A DNA stretch of 64,000 nt from Octopus sinensis. Its lineage: Eukaryota. Each line of letters starts with the position of its first letter. Position 1 is the stretch's first letter. A model generated the notes under the pieces. The model was not told the DNA's origin, did not search any database, and saw only the letters and a program-made list of their open reading frames with translations. The stretch lies in the NCBI RefSeq assembly GCF_006345805.1, contig NC_043010.1:54002001-54066000 (forward strand), in the 5' to 3' direction. Below are positions 1-13,257 of the stretch, in pieces. Made by a program: the position numbers and the translations under genes.

Positions 1-189
1 TTTTTAATCATCGTAATGAAAAACGCATCTCTGCAAAATTTCGTAATAGGAAAGTATACTTTTCAGGAAGTTTTAAGAAGCCTCTTGTATAAACGTCTTC
101 TCTGCTCTATTCTTTTCTCTTCAAGTAAATCGTGGCTGAAGAAATCGATTTCCCAGCCAACATTTATATAAGATAATATTGAATTTAAA

Positions 190-353
190 CTATAGATCAA
201 GATCGGCAATGCTGCGGGAGAGGATACATCAATTACCTCTATCCCAGAGTTCAGCTGGTATTTATTTTATCGATCCCGAACCTATGTGATGTAAAGACTC
301 AGAAGGTAAAGTCGGAAAAAGTGTGCTAGTCAACTAAGCCGGCTCGCTGCCTT
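190..353 (-). mobile_element. Highly decayed SINE family B copy
   Basis: Contains ctggtatttattttatcgatcccgaa and ends ggctcgctgcct, matching the reverse complement of the family B core and head seen in better copies (e.g. 20647-20873). Confidence 0.5.
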
Positions 354-415
354 ATACGTTAGTTAGTTTTGAATAAAATCATAATCCCAATACACCCTCC
401 CCTCATCTATCTCCC

Positions 416-449
<34 letters not shown>

Positions 450-1074
450 TTCACATATACACGCATGAACAGATCGACAAATTTTTAAAGTAGGTAAGGC
501 TCTCTATGCAATTTAGTTTCGATGAAATTGGGGGTGACTAAATTATGAGCCAATTAATTTTTCTCGATGCACCTTTCTTTCAACGTTTTCCATATACCCA
601 AATATGCTTCAGGCGTTATCACTCTGAAATTATATATATAACATGCGCATTGCTCTAAAACAGCATGTATGCTTATTTTACAGTTTAAATGTGGAGGTGA
701 TAACTTATTCATAATTTCAGATCTTTGTTGACTGCTCTTCAGGATAAACATATCCCCACATCTTCTCACAATTCGTAGAAATAGAACGTCTAGCTCCTAT
801 GTGAAGTAGCCCCAAATTAAGTTTGCACCATGTCAGACGGCCTAATTTGGTATATCTGTTGCAGGAGGGACGCTAGTACTTTAACTTCGAGAAAGAAACC
901 AAGTAATTATCTACGAGAAATTGTAGAGGATACCCTTGTTTTCCTCCTTATCAACAGAAAAGAAAAAATGTGATTACAATCGAGAATTATGAACCCCCAG
1001 AATTTCCCTCAAACTTTTGGATGCACCCAAAGTTTGATTCAAGCGCTATCACACTGAAATTATTGCATGTAGTT

Positions 1075-1077
1075 AAG

Positions 1078-1109
<32 letters not shown>

Positions 1110-1146
1110 TGTATGTATGTATGTATGTATGTATGTATGTATGTAT
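1075..1146. repeat. (ATGT)n microsatellite
   Basis: Direct read; the source of ORFs 970..1194 and 1085..1270. Confidence 0.95.
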
Positions 1147-1197
1147 ATACATATATATATATGTATATATGTATATACACATATATATATATAGATT

Positions 1198-1694
1198 AGA
1201 TGCCAATCGCGCCAATCTGGAGGGTCTTAGAGCTCCCTTGAATCGAAAAAAATCACTCTTCTCACCATAGCAACCGCACCTTTTCAGTTGACGAGTTTTA
1301 ACCTACTCAACACTCTGCCCCATCACGCCTTCTATTTTCAGCTCGATCCGACCACTTGTCAGGCTTCCAATCTCTGACGTAGCAAAATGTGCACATAATT
1401 TTGACCCAAAACCTCTTTTATATATATAGATTAAGCACAACAGCCTGAAGTGCATGCCGCTGGGCATTAAAAGTCAATCGCACAAACCTTGAATCGATAA
1501 AAAATTACACTTTTTGCCATCGCAACCACATCTTTATAGCTTGCGAATTTTAACCATCGCGGGTCTCATCCTCACCACGTATTTAGTATCCCTGCCAATT
1601 TTCAGCTCAATCCTCGCCCCGGTTTGACAACCAGTAACCGTCAAAATAAAATGTGCATACAATTTTCGTCCAAGGACTGTTTTAGAGATATAGG
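1198..1694 (-). mobile_element. Two diverged tandem ~240-260 bp units, probable non-autonomous Helitron 5' ends
   Basis: The units share ccttgaatcga..aaaaa, ttttcagctc.atcc and aaaatgtgca. Unit 1 ends ttttatatatatagatt, the reverse complement of a 5'-TCTATATATATAAAA terminus like the Helitron at 9486-9996; unit 2 ends in a degenerate version (ttttagagatataggt). Confidence 0.5.
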
Positions 1695-2032
1695 TAACAT
1701 TAATGTTGGCTTTAAAATGAAAAATAATGGTGTTAGCACTTACATATTGAAAGAGTTACAATAGATTTCTTTGCATAGAAGCTTGATATCTTTTCTAACG
1801 ATTTAAAGAATTGATTGAGCAACCAAAGTAGCTGCTAAATATCTCTTTATGTTAATAAATGCGAGCTAATATAATCTGTTTAACTCTTTCAATAGGTAAA
1901 ACCACAATGGTATTATTTGTATGGAAATAGCGTCATCTTTGTTTTGATTTAGAAAGGAGAATAAATGAAACTAATTTTCTTTCTAATAATATTTTGTTCT
2001 TGTAATTCTTCATCAGTCATTGAAAATCAGAA

Positions 2033-2115
2033 ATTACTACTGCTGCTGCTGCTACTACTACTACTACTAGTACTGCCACCATCACCACCACCACCACCAC
2101 CACCACCACCACCAC

Positions 2116-2155
<40 letters not shown>

Positions 2156-2165
2156 CACTACTATT
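2033..2165. repeat. Compound triplet microsatellite (CTG/CTA/CCA)
   Basis: Direct read. Confidence 0.95.
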
Positions 2166-3368
2166 TTGCTTCTGACAGACAGATGAAAATACTATTAATT
2201 ACACACACACACATACACACACACACACAGATGCATGTATCATTAAAAAGTTAGGAATCGTAATTGGTATTTTATGCTGTATAACACATACAGGTGTTTC
2301 GAGAAGTCGATCATAGCTCTTAACCTAATTACTTTATTTTCTTTATTTCGTAATGTTAGACCTATAATCCAAATCAGATAACCCCTCTTATACACCCAAT
2401 ACAATCCCCCACTAAGTCTATAAATAGTGGAACTTTCTTTATATATTAATAAAGGTCTAGTTTAAAATAGTTTAATTAGTTCTCTAACATTTTCCGCTTA
2501 TAATAATGCAAGATGTTATATAATGACCCATTTCAAAAACATGTTATACTGAAAAGATGAAATATATCTCGTATTCCAAATTTAAATGATTCCTCAGGGA
2601 ATGTAGAAGGAAATAGTAAACGATTAGCATCTGTAATTGTAGTTGTGGGACCCTGGAAGACTTCAGAAATGCGAGCAAGACCGATAGGACAATATAACCC
2701 TTTAGGAATACCCAGAACTCCGTAGACTTGATTAATGTATACATATGTCGCAGGAATTACAGGGGTTGCGAACGAAGTGTGAGAGATTGTGGTAACTCTA
2801 GGATGAAACATAACGGCCCAGAATCTCGCATCCAACCATGCTAGAATGAAGTCGATGAGAAGAAGCAACACCTCCGGAAAGAATATGCATCGAAGCAGTA
2901 ATAAATGTCATTAAAACTGCCGAATAATAACATTGACGCCTCTATACGGTTAATCAACTCGCTAGAAATAACAGCAACTTCTATATCTAATATGCTCTCC
3001 TGCATTAAAATGGAAACAACACATGAAGCAATACATGCATGGGAAAATTTGAAGTGGTGTGTCGGTAACAGAGATCCTGTTTCTCAATATAGACAACTTC
3101 AACCAAAAACAACTACAAAATACTAGCAACTATAAGCGAATTCTCAATTCAATATCATCATTAATGGCTTCTGTTTTCATTAATATACAAGGAGTGAAAG
3201 TAGCACGAAATAGGGTAAGCTACGAATTATTTATGCTGGAAGTGTTTGTTGGGAAGTGTTTATTCGAAAAATAGAAAAAAAAATTCTAGCAGTTTTGACT
3301 AACTCCTAACAAAAGAAGTCAACAGAGGTTAGTGAAAACATAAGCTTCACGTACAGTTATTTATCCTT

Positions 3369-3373
<5 letters not shown>

Positions 3374-3454
<81 letters not shown>

Positions 3455-3710
3455 ATATATATATGTTTATATGCACACATATAAATACAAATGTATATAT
3501 ATGTATATGTACGCATATAAATACATATGTAATATACACATATAAATACATATGTAATATACACAACGGCGGTTGCATCAGCATGGCCGCAGCTCTGAGC
3601 TGAAACTAAAAAAAATATATATATATTACGTATATATATATGTATATATATGTATGTATATATTTATATATATTATATATATTACTATATATATATATAT
3701 ATATATATTA

Positions 3711-3746
<36 letters not shown>

Positions 3747-3800
3747 CACACGTAGATTCATGCATGCATATATATATATTTATATATATATACACGCACA
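3374..3800. repeat. (TA)n/(TG)n compound microsatellite block
   Basis: Direct read. Confidence 0.95.
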
Positions 3801-4319
3801 CACACACTGCAGAAGTGCGCTTCTTATATATATTCTTCTGTAGAAGACGTCACTGTGGAACGGGAATGATCAATAAAGTACAAGTAATGTTAAATCATGT
3901 TTATAACGGTAGCTCTGATTGAATATTTCAGGAAAGTAATTGATTTTAGATCTTTCTCACAAAGACATGTTTAGTTGGGGAAAGTATTATACAAAGAATA
4001 TTTACAGAAAATCCAAGGTTTGTTTCGACATTGATTTTCGTAACGTTGTCAATACTCTTGTCAAAATCATAAATGCCAAACAAGCTCATTGATCTCTCAC
4101 GTAAATTGACGTATGTATAGTCAAGTTAAAGATCAATAAAATGATTTATTACATTCAAAGTCCTAAACGAGGAATATTTTTTGTCTTTTCGTTTTTACTG
4201 AGTTGTTATATCGATCAAATGGACCTGAATTCATGACTGGTATTTATTTTATTAATTAGGAATGCAAGTTAGAATGTAACTAAATAAAGCGATTAATTGA
4301 ATCCTTGAAGTTGATATTT

Positions 4320-4550
4320 ATTTCTTTACTACCCACAAAGGGCTACACACAGAGAGGACACGCAAGGACAGACAAACGGATTAAGTCAATTACATCGACC
4401 CCAATGCGTAACTGGTACTTATTTTATCGACTCCGAAAGAATGAAAGGCAAAGTCGGCCTCGGCGGAATTTGAACGCTGGACGTAGCGGCAGACGAAATA
4501 CCTCTGAGCATTTCACCCGGCGTGCTAACGTTTCTGCCAGATCGCCGCCT
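4320..4550 (-). mobile_element. SINE family B (tRNA-derived), full length
   Basis: Reverse complement begins ggcggcgatctggcagaaacgttagcacgcc, has B-box-like gttcaaattcc, core gactttgcctttcattctttcggagtcgataaaataagtaccag and tail tgtgggtagtaaagaaata. Confidence 0.9.
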
Positions 4551-4691
4551 TTGAATCCTTAAAGTTAATATTTCAACGACCAGTTTCTCTAATTAAATAG
4601 TGACAAAGACAACTGTAACAAAAACAACAGAAAATATATCAGCAATAATAATAGTAGTAGTAGTCATACTATTAGTAATAATGGAAATGCA

Positions 4692-4900
4692 AATTTTGGC
4701 ACAAAGCTAGGAATTTTGGGGGATGATGGGTGGTGGGGTTATATTGATTACAAGGACCCTAGTGTTGAGTTGATGCTTATTTTATCAAAACCGGAAGGAT
4801 GGAAATGTTAAGTCGACTTCGGTTGTATTTGAACGCGGAACGTGCAAACGGATGAAATGCCGCTAAGCATTTTGCTCGAAGGCTATAACGATTCTGCCAG
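4692..4900 (-). mobile_element. SINE family B, alternative G-rich tail, decayed
   Basis: ggcacaaag...aattttggggg tail plus ggaaggatggaaatgttaagtcgacttcgg and ccgctaagcatttt matching family B. Confidence 0.7.
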
Positions 4901-5065
4901 TACACAGACTCGATGACAATTCTAACGACGACAGCAAGGTGTGCGTATGTGTGTGTGTGTGTGAGTGTGTGTGTCTGTATGCATGGGGGTTTGAGTCTAT
5001 GCGGGTGTGAGTTTGCAAGTGTGAGATGGTGTGTGGGTGCACTTGTGTGTGCGTGCGTGCGTATG

Positions 5066-5432
5066 TACTCTTTACCCTTTTACTTGTTTCAATTATTTGA
5101 CTGTGGCTATGCTGGAGCACCGCCTTTAGTCGAGCAAATCGACCCCCAGACTTATTCTTTGTAAGTCTAGTTCTTATTCCGTCGGTCTCTACACCAGTAT
5201 CGGTTGTCAAGCAATGTTTGGGGAAAAACACAGACACACAAACATATACACATATACATATATATATGTACATATTTACGATGTGCTTCTTTCAGTTTCC
5301 GTCTACCAAATCCACTCACAAGGCTTTGGTCGGCTCGAGGCCATAATAGAAGACAGTTACCCAAGGAGCCACGCAGTGTGACTGAACACGGAACCATGTG
5401 GTTCGTAAGCAAGCTACTTGCCACACAGCCAC
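5066..5432 (-). mobile_element. SINE family C (tRNA-derived, CORE-like segment, internal CA/TA microsatellite)
   Basis: Reverse complement starts gtggctgtgtggcaagtagcttgcttacgaaccacatggttccgtgttcagtc, has an internal (CA)/(TA) tract and an (AAAGAGT)-type tail; near-identical layout at 10243, 37330 and 59133. Confidence 0.9.
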
Positions 5433-5763
5433 ACATGTATAGTTTTAAACCGTTTGTTTTAACAGATCGGGCTGTAATTATACTGTACTCAATGGGGCTG
5501 TTAATGCGTTTTCTATTGAGTGCACAAATCAAACTTAAATAAACATTATATATGTATGTTGCACTGAAATATAGTGGTCCCATGTTATCTTTATAATTTC
5601 TACAATATCAAGGTCACTATAAATATTTCATTCTGTTAGTTACAAAGGAAACTATTAATAGTAGAATATATATCTATTGTCTCTGTGCGTACATCTATAT
5701 ACATATATGTGTATATATATATATATATACAATATAATATATAGATATATATTATATTATAAT

Positions 5764-5809
<46 letters not shown>

Positions 5810-6122
5810 CACCGTGATCACCGTGACCGACCAGGCTATCAGATGTTGCTACCCATCGCTGGTCACAAGGCGCTGCGCATTGGTTTAGCCTTCAAATGAC
5901 ACCACCCCGCTGGCTAAGCGAGCAAGCCAACAGAAGAAAGAGTGAGAGAAAGTTGTGGCGAAAGAATACAGCAGGGATCGCCACCACCCCCTGCAGGAGA
6001 CTCGTGGCGCTTTAGGTGTTTTTGCTCAATAAACACTCACAACGCCAGGTCTGGGAATCGAAACCGCAATCCTACGACCGCAAGTCCGCTGTCCTAACCA
6101 CTGGGCCATTGCGCCTCCACAC
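5810..6122 (-). mobile_element. SINE family A (tRNA-like head), tail type 1
   Basis: Head gtggaggcgcaatggcccagtggttagg (A box) and tttcgattccc (B box-like); tail ends ggtcggtcacggtgatcacggtg. Confidence 0.9.
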
Positions 6123-6299
6123 ACCAACCACACACACACACACACACACATACACACACCATTATATATATATATATATGTATGTATATATAATATACCA
6201 TATATATAAGGTATAATATACATATATATATATATATAATATACATACATATAATATATATATATATATATATATGGATGTATATATATACGATATATA

Positions 6300-6338
<39 letters not shown>

Positions 6339-6830
6339 ACATATATATATATACATATATATACATATATATATATATATATACATACATATATAATATA
6401 TATACATATATATATATATATACATATATATATATTATATACATATATATATGCACACATATATATTAATACATATATAAAAATATATATATATACACAC
6501 ACACATATATATATATGTATACACACGCATATAACAATATTGAATATATATGTGTGTATGCACAAAAAAATCAATGGGGGTGTGAAATACATACGCACTC
6601 GCATATATCTCTTTACACACATACATCAAACATATGTATTATATACCTAACTACTTAACTGCATACCTACCTATCTAGCTATATATTACCTATTTACATA
6701 ATACATATATATATACATACATACATGCATATATATACATACACATACATATATATAGATATATATATATAGATATAATATAATATATATATATATATTA
6801 TATATATATATATATATATAATGCATTACG
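6123..6830. repeat. (CA)n/(TA)n microsatellite block
   Basis: Direct read; the source of several Y/I-rich ORFs. Confidence 0.95.
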
Positions 6831-8009
6831 TTATTTGCTTTTAGCTTGTTGCATACAGGGTTTTCCAACCACGAAACTCTGTACTTATTTCAGTATTCAT
6901 AATATTTAAAATGTTTTCAATGAGGTATAGATTTTTGATGAACGTCAGCAGTACTTGTAACTGCATAAGAAATCCAACCCTATCGCCTGCTCTCCCGTGT
7001 GCTATCTGCGCTGTTAATCTGTTGATCCTCTACTGCAGATACGTGACTTGCCCTCAGTCAGGTACATTTGCCATATACTCAGCCCTGGTCATTGTAAACC
7101 TTCCTGATATCGTCTAACCCTTTTCTAACTACACCTCTGTCGGCTCATTGACACATTCCCTGATTTCAAGAGGCATGGCTATATGTCATCGTTGCCCTTG
7201 CTCTTAATTTGATAAAGTCTTACGTATTGACATAACAGAGAATGGAAATCACACAAGCTCTGAGACAGCACTTAGTGTAGAAGCACCTCGTTAACTACGA
7301 AAAATTTAAAATTAGTTTTTAAATCAGTATATTTTTCATTTTAGGTTGTTGAAACTCATACATGCATAACAAATTCTGTCTGGCTCCTTCTGTATTAAAA
7401 ACGTTGTTATTGCCTTTCCTGTCTTACAATGCGAGAAACTGTGTGTACAAATAGGTTGGTTTTTGAAATTGTTCTATATTTTTCCATGTATATTTTTAAA
7501 GTACAAATACCTGCATTGTTTTTAATGCGATTATTTTGTACAACTGTGATTTGCAAAGTGGGTGTTATGATTTATAAAAGCTATGTCTTTGAAATTTTGA
7601 TTGATGCCACCTCGCTGGTGGCTTGCAAGTCTCATCGCGACTCAAGAAGAGAAAGACATTTTGAAACGAATGTTTACTAAATGTAAAATACAAAAAAAAA
7701 AAAATAGTTCCCAGAACAAACAATATTTTTATACCTCAGGCTATACGAACTTGACACTCAACTGTGCCAAAACCTATTGACAAATTACAAATTACAAAAA
7801 AACAACTCACAAAGAGACAATCAAACACTTTTTTCATTAAGTATGCGGTAAATCTAAATCTTCCTCGAAGCTGTGTCTGACACGTCAGTTCAAAGAAAAA
7901 GACAATAATTTAAACGATAATGGTGATGATGATGACGGTAATAACAAGGAATCATTCTGCTTTTGGCGACAACGTCCATTATGTTTGGGGACTACAAATG
8001 TATGTCGGT

Positions 8010-8030
8010 ATGTACGTATTTATATATATA

Positions 8031-8092
<62 letters not shown>

Positions 8093-8167
8093 TATATATA
8101 TATACATATATAATATATACATACACACATACATATATATATGTATATATACATGTATATATATACA

Positions 8168-8213
<46 letters not shown>

Positions 8214-8308
8214 TATACATATATATATACATATATATGCATCATATATATTATATATATATGTGTGTATGGGTATACATGTACTTATACACACACACAT
8301 ATATATAC

Positions 8309-8345
<37 letters not shown>
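8010..8345. repeat. (TA)n block
   Basis: Direct read. Confidence 0.95.
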
Positions 8346-9030
8346 TATATTAATTTGAGAAGATGGACGTTTGAAGTTTCCCATGTTAAATGTAATTCAT
8401 TGATCTGTTATTTTATTATATAGGAAACAAACATATACATATATACACATTTACACGTACACACAGAAATGTGATGCGCACACACACTCACATACATAAA
8501 AATATTACATACATACATGCATACATGCATACGTATTGCAATGATGCGAGTAGATAACACGAAATTATTTCCTGTTAATCTAAATAGGAGTAGTTTCCTA
8601 TTTCCATGCGTATAATATTCTCAACAGATAAACGCAGAAACTGTGTTATTTGCTTATTCAGTTGTTAGAATAGCATATAAGAGTAATTATTTTATTTATC
8701 TGCTTGATCACGCGAAACAGTCGTATATAAAGCAAAATTTAAATTAAAGAAATTAAAACATCAAGGAATGAAAATTAATAACATATATATGTCCCTCCCC
8801 TATGAAAAGTTTCTGCCATAACTTAATTTCTGTCTTTCTCTCTCTTTCTTTCTCTCTATTTCTCTCTCTCTCTTTCTCTGTATCTCTCTCTCTCTCAATT
8901 TATCTCGGTCTCTTTGTAACCATGTATAACATTTACGGTTTCAATTCAAATGAAAATATACATAGATATGAAACACATCTGGAGGTACACAAAACTACGC
9001 ACAGAAGCATGCTTAAATATATACACAGAG

Positions 9031-9345
9031 GTGTGGAGACGCAATGGTCCAGTGGTTAGGGCAGCAGGATCGCGGTCGGAGTATCGCGGTTTCGATTCCC
9101 AGGTCGGGCGTTGTGTGTGTACATTGAGCAAAAACACATAAAGCTCCAAGAGGCTCCGACAGAGTGTGGTGGCGACCCCTGTTGTACTCTTTCGACCCAA
9201 CTTTCTCTCACTCTCTCTTTCTTGTTTCTTGAGTAACATTGCGATAGACTGGCGTCCCGTCCAGCTGGAGGGAACACATACGCCACATAAACTGGGAAGC
9301 GGGTCACATGAACCTGGCTAGGCTTGAAAAAGGCGCATAAATAGA
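9031..9345 (+). mobile_element. SINE family A, tail type 3
   Basis: gtgtggagacgcaatggtccagtggttagg head, shared central domain, tail ...ggctaggcttgaaaaaggcgcataaata. Confidence 0.9.
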
Positions 9346-9366
9346 ACAAATAAATACACAGAGATG

Positions 9367-10139
9367 CGAGGGGGTTATTGAGAATTTGTTGGTTTTCAGT
9401 ATTGAGAATTTGTTGGTTTTATATAGAGCTGTGCTCTATGTAAAAAAAATGCAGGACAACCAGTTAATTATGATTTTATTGAAGACTAGCAGTATTGCCC
9501 GGCTTTGCAAAATGGTCACATTTAATTCAAAGCGTTAAAAGTGTTATGAAAACAATTGGTATGTTTTCACAAAGTCCAAACGATTAATACGAAAAGCCCT
9601 CCAGTCTACATCCCGAAAATTCATTTCTTTGCCAAGTTTCTACAATGTTTACGGCGATTCGTTTATATATCTTGATTTTTTTATTTTTCACGCAATTTAC
9701 GCATGTTTGCACGCGTGGTGGACACAGTTCACGTCAAACATCTGACTGAGTAAAGTTCACTGTTCAATGCATGGGATAAGGCCTAAACAAACACATTATC
9801 GATTTTTGCACTTGCGAGATGAATTTCGGAACAGAAATAGCGCGGTTCAATTTTCATTCGCCTAAACTTTAAGTGACCCATTTTAGGTGGCTCTACGAGT
9901 TGTTGGCTAGGCGGAGATGTGCCGGGAAGTTAAACACACAGACACACACACACAGATACACACACAGACACAAAAGTTGAGTTTTATATATAGAGATATT
10001 CTCCCACTCACATTTACACAGCGTAGCAGGCCTTCGGGTGTTTTAAACCCTGTAAAAGAACTCGTAAATTAGGGCCTCCAACTCGAAAATAAGGCCCTTC
10101 GCCACACACTTAATGCCATACATTTTCCCACAACCCCTC
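9367..10139. mobile_element. Mariner-like MITE, decayed, interrupted by a Helitron
   Basis: Left end cgaggggg and right end cccctc-ta form short inverted termini at degenerate TA target sites. The flanks ttttattgaaga | tattctccc read as one sequence across the Helitron. Confidence 0.5.
9486..9996 (-). mobile_element. Non-autonomous Helitron
   Basis: On the minus strand it starts 5'-TC(tctatatataaaac) and ends CTAG-3', sits exactly between A and T with no TSD, and has an internal (CA)-type microsatellite. These are canonical Helitron termini. Confidence 0.8.
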
Positions 10140-10242
10140 TAACACTTGGAGATAGACATGGAGAAAACAAATTAACTAACATATAAACTCACAGACACAC
10201 GCCTAGACACATGCAGATTGTTGTAAATGTCACTTGCACTGT

Positions 10243-10661
10243 ACTCTTTTACACTTTGACGAGTTTCAGTCATGTGACTGTGGCCATGCTGGAGCACCGC
10301 ATTTAGTCGATCAAATCGACCCCAGGACTTATTCTTTGTAAGCCTAGTACTTATACTATCCGCTCCAGTTTTGCCGAACCGCTAAGTCACGTGGACGTAA
10401 ACACACCAGCATCGATTGTCAAGTGATGTTGGGAGGACAAACACAGACACACAAACATATACACACACATACATATATTTATATATACATATATATATAC
10501 GACGGACTTCTTTCAGTTTCCGTCTACCAAATCCAATCAAAAGGTTTCCGTCGGCCTGAGGCTATAGTAGAAGACACTTGCCCCAGGTGCCACGCAATAG
10601 AACTGAACCTAGAACCATGTGGATTCTAAGCAAGCTACTTACCACACAGCCACACCTGTGC
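10243..10661 (-). mobile_element. SINE family C, full length
   Basis: Colinear with 5066-5432 and 37330-37739. Confidence 0.9.
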
Positions 10662-10924
10662 CCATACAGAAAAGTTAGTAGAAGCCTGCCGCTGTATGCA
10701 CAAACACAGGTATACGTATCTATACACACACAGACGCACACACATGTGTATGTACATAGGTACACAAACACAACTATGTTGTTGAGGTCATGAGAATATC
10801 ATACATATTCGAGAAAACTTGAAAAAATACTTTTGTATTTGTTTGAAAAATTATATATCGAAGTACAAAAAGCTATGAATCTCGACAAGTAAGTATTGGT
10901 TTGAGAAACGCCTTTCTATAAATC

Positions 10925-11471
10925 TTTTCTACTCTTGGCACAAGACACGAAACTTTGGGGGAGGGGACCACTCAATTAGAACGACTCCAGTACGTTACTG
11001 GTACTTAATTTATCGACCCCGAAAGGATGAAAGGCAAAGTCGACCTCGGCAGAATTTGAACTTAGAACCTACAAACAGATGAAATACTTATTTCTTTACT
11101 ACCCACAAGGGTCAAAGAAGGACAGACAAACGGATTAAGTCGATTATATCGAACCCAGTGCGTTACTGGTACTTATTTAATCGACCCCGAATGGATGAAA
11201 AGCAAAGTCGACCTCGGCGGAATGTGAACTCAGAACGTAAAGACAGACGAAATACCAATTTCTATACTACCCACAAGGGGCTAAACTCAGAGAAGACAAA
11301 CAAGGACAGACAAACGGATTAAGTCGATTATATCGACTCCAGTGCGTAACTGGTACTTATTTCATCAACCCGAAAGGATGAAAAGCAAAGGCGACCTCGG
11401 CGGAATTTGAACTCAGAACGTAATGGCAGACGAAATACTGCTAAGCATTTCGCCCGGTGTGCTAACGTTTC
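10925..11471 (-). mobile_element. SINE family B trimer (one head, three body units)
   Basis: Three successive copies of atcgaccccgaaaggatgaaaggcaaagtcgacctcggcggaatttgaac with junctions at ~11088 and ~11256. Confidence 0.9.
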
Positions 11472-13119
11472 AACCAATAAATACATGCACATATATCTGT
11501 TTATTTACATGCGTTAGTGTGCGGGGTTGCGTATGTTTTCTGTGTCTGTACGTGTCTCCCTGTGAGCGTAATTTAATTATGCATCTGCACTCATGATGAC
11601 CGTGATTCTGTTTACACCATCCAAAATATTCAATATCGTTGTTTTTGTTACATCATTTCCATTTACGTCCCAACATTTAATTTTTGGGAGAATAAATGAA
11701 GGGAAAATATATAGCAAATTATAATGTGCAACGGAATAGTTATAATCAACTACAAAATTTTAATCAGTTTGCCAACATTTCCGCTGTGGATGTGCTGAAC
11801 TTAAAAAACTGAATAGACGAATAAAAGATCACGCAAACACACGTACTCGTACAAACTTCCGCCATTACGCACATATACATTACACAAACTTTCGCCATTA
11901 CACACATATGTACATACCTATGCATGCATAGGAATATATATCTATATATGTGTACATGTGTGAATGTCTGTGTTTTATTCCATTTATATATATTTTTGAG
12001 ATTTAGTAATTTTCATAAGATTTATTTAAACAATATTCGTAGCAATTTCGCAATTCTTTAGCAATAAAATTCATAAAGTCACATAAATATTTATAAACCA
12101 ACTAGACACAATTTTATTATGAAGTCATGTTGCCGTATGTTTCTCCCTCTTTATAAAAAGCAATGCGCCTGAGATTCGAGTTACAGCCGGAATTCTGAAT
12201 TTTGATCGAAAGTCAAAAGTTTAAAGTTTCCTTTGTGAATATTCTAATTCATTTATAGTTTAACATCAAGATTCTATTTATTACTTCCGTTATTAATCGT
12301 ATAATTTTCTGTAGAGTTTGTGGATGTTGATCATGAATGATTCTTTGTCGAGTTTCATTATCTTTCTGTATTGTATAACGCATTGTAGTTGCTAATTCGT
12401 GTAAGTGCATTCAAAATATCACCCATATTTTATAGCTAATATAAGAGTTAAACTACCAAATTTTATAACATTCACGACTGCCATCGACATTATCATATTT
12501 TATGTTATTAATCAACAAATTTTAGACCAAACTATATAAAATTCTGAAGCAAGGTTATTTATTGAGAAGAAAGAAAACACATAACTGTATAACTATTTTT
12601 TCTGCTTGATCATGCGTAAAAGGAAACTATAAGCAATGGAATTTATAAAAAGTATTAAAACATCAAGAATGAAATTTAATAACAGGGATAATGTAATATT
12701 GAGTCTCGGTAGAAAGTGGGAGTTAATTGTCTTTAAATTCTATATTTCATAGTATGGGATATACATCTATTCCTACATAAGTGTTTTCCATTGTTTTTTT
12801 TTCTTTCACGTGTAGATATATCTACGGTATAACTTCATGTATGAGTGCATAAATATACATGAAAGAGATTACGTCTACCTACATATACATAGAAAATCGC
12901 TGTAGGCATGTGTGAGTATGTAATTCATATATATATATATATATATAGGCACATACATATGTAATTGTAAACGAATACACACACATACAAACACATATAT
13001 CGTTTCCATTTTCTTATTACTACAGCCAGAAGCTGAGGTCACGTGGCACCGTCTTTCTTAGTGATTAGGTTTTCTTCCTATATTCTTTGTGATGTTTTAG
13101 CGAGTAGGTTTACCTGTCA

Positions 13120-13152
13120 TGTATATATATATATATATATACGCACATATAT

Positions 13153-13188
<36 letters not shown>

Positions 13189-13190
13189 CG

Positions 13191-13257
<67 letters not shown>

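Noticed and set aside
395-875. Helitron ending gggacgctag|t at ~870
   Set aside because: The 3' CTAG|T is present, but I could not find a clear subterminal hairpin or a 5' TC end.
10925-11471. CRISPR-like array (also 32321-33170)
   Set aside because: The units are ~170-190 bp SINE bodies without unique spacers, in a eukaryotic context.
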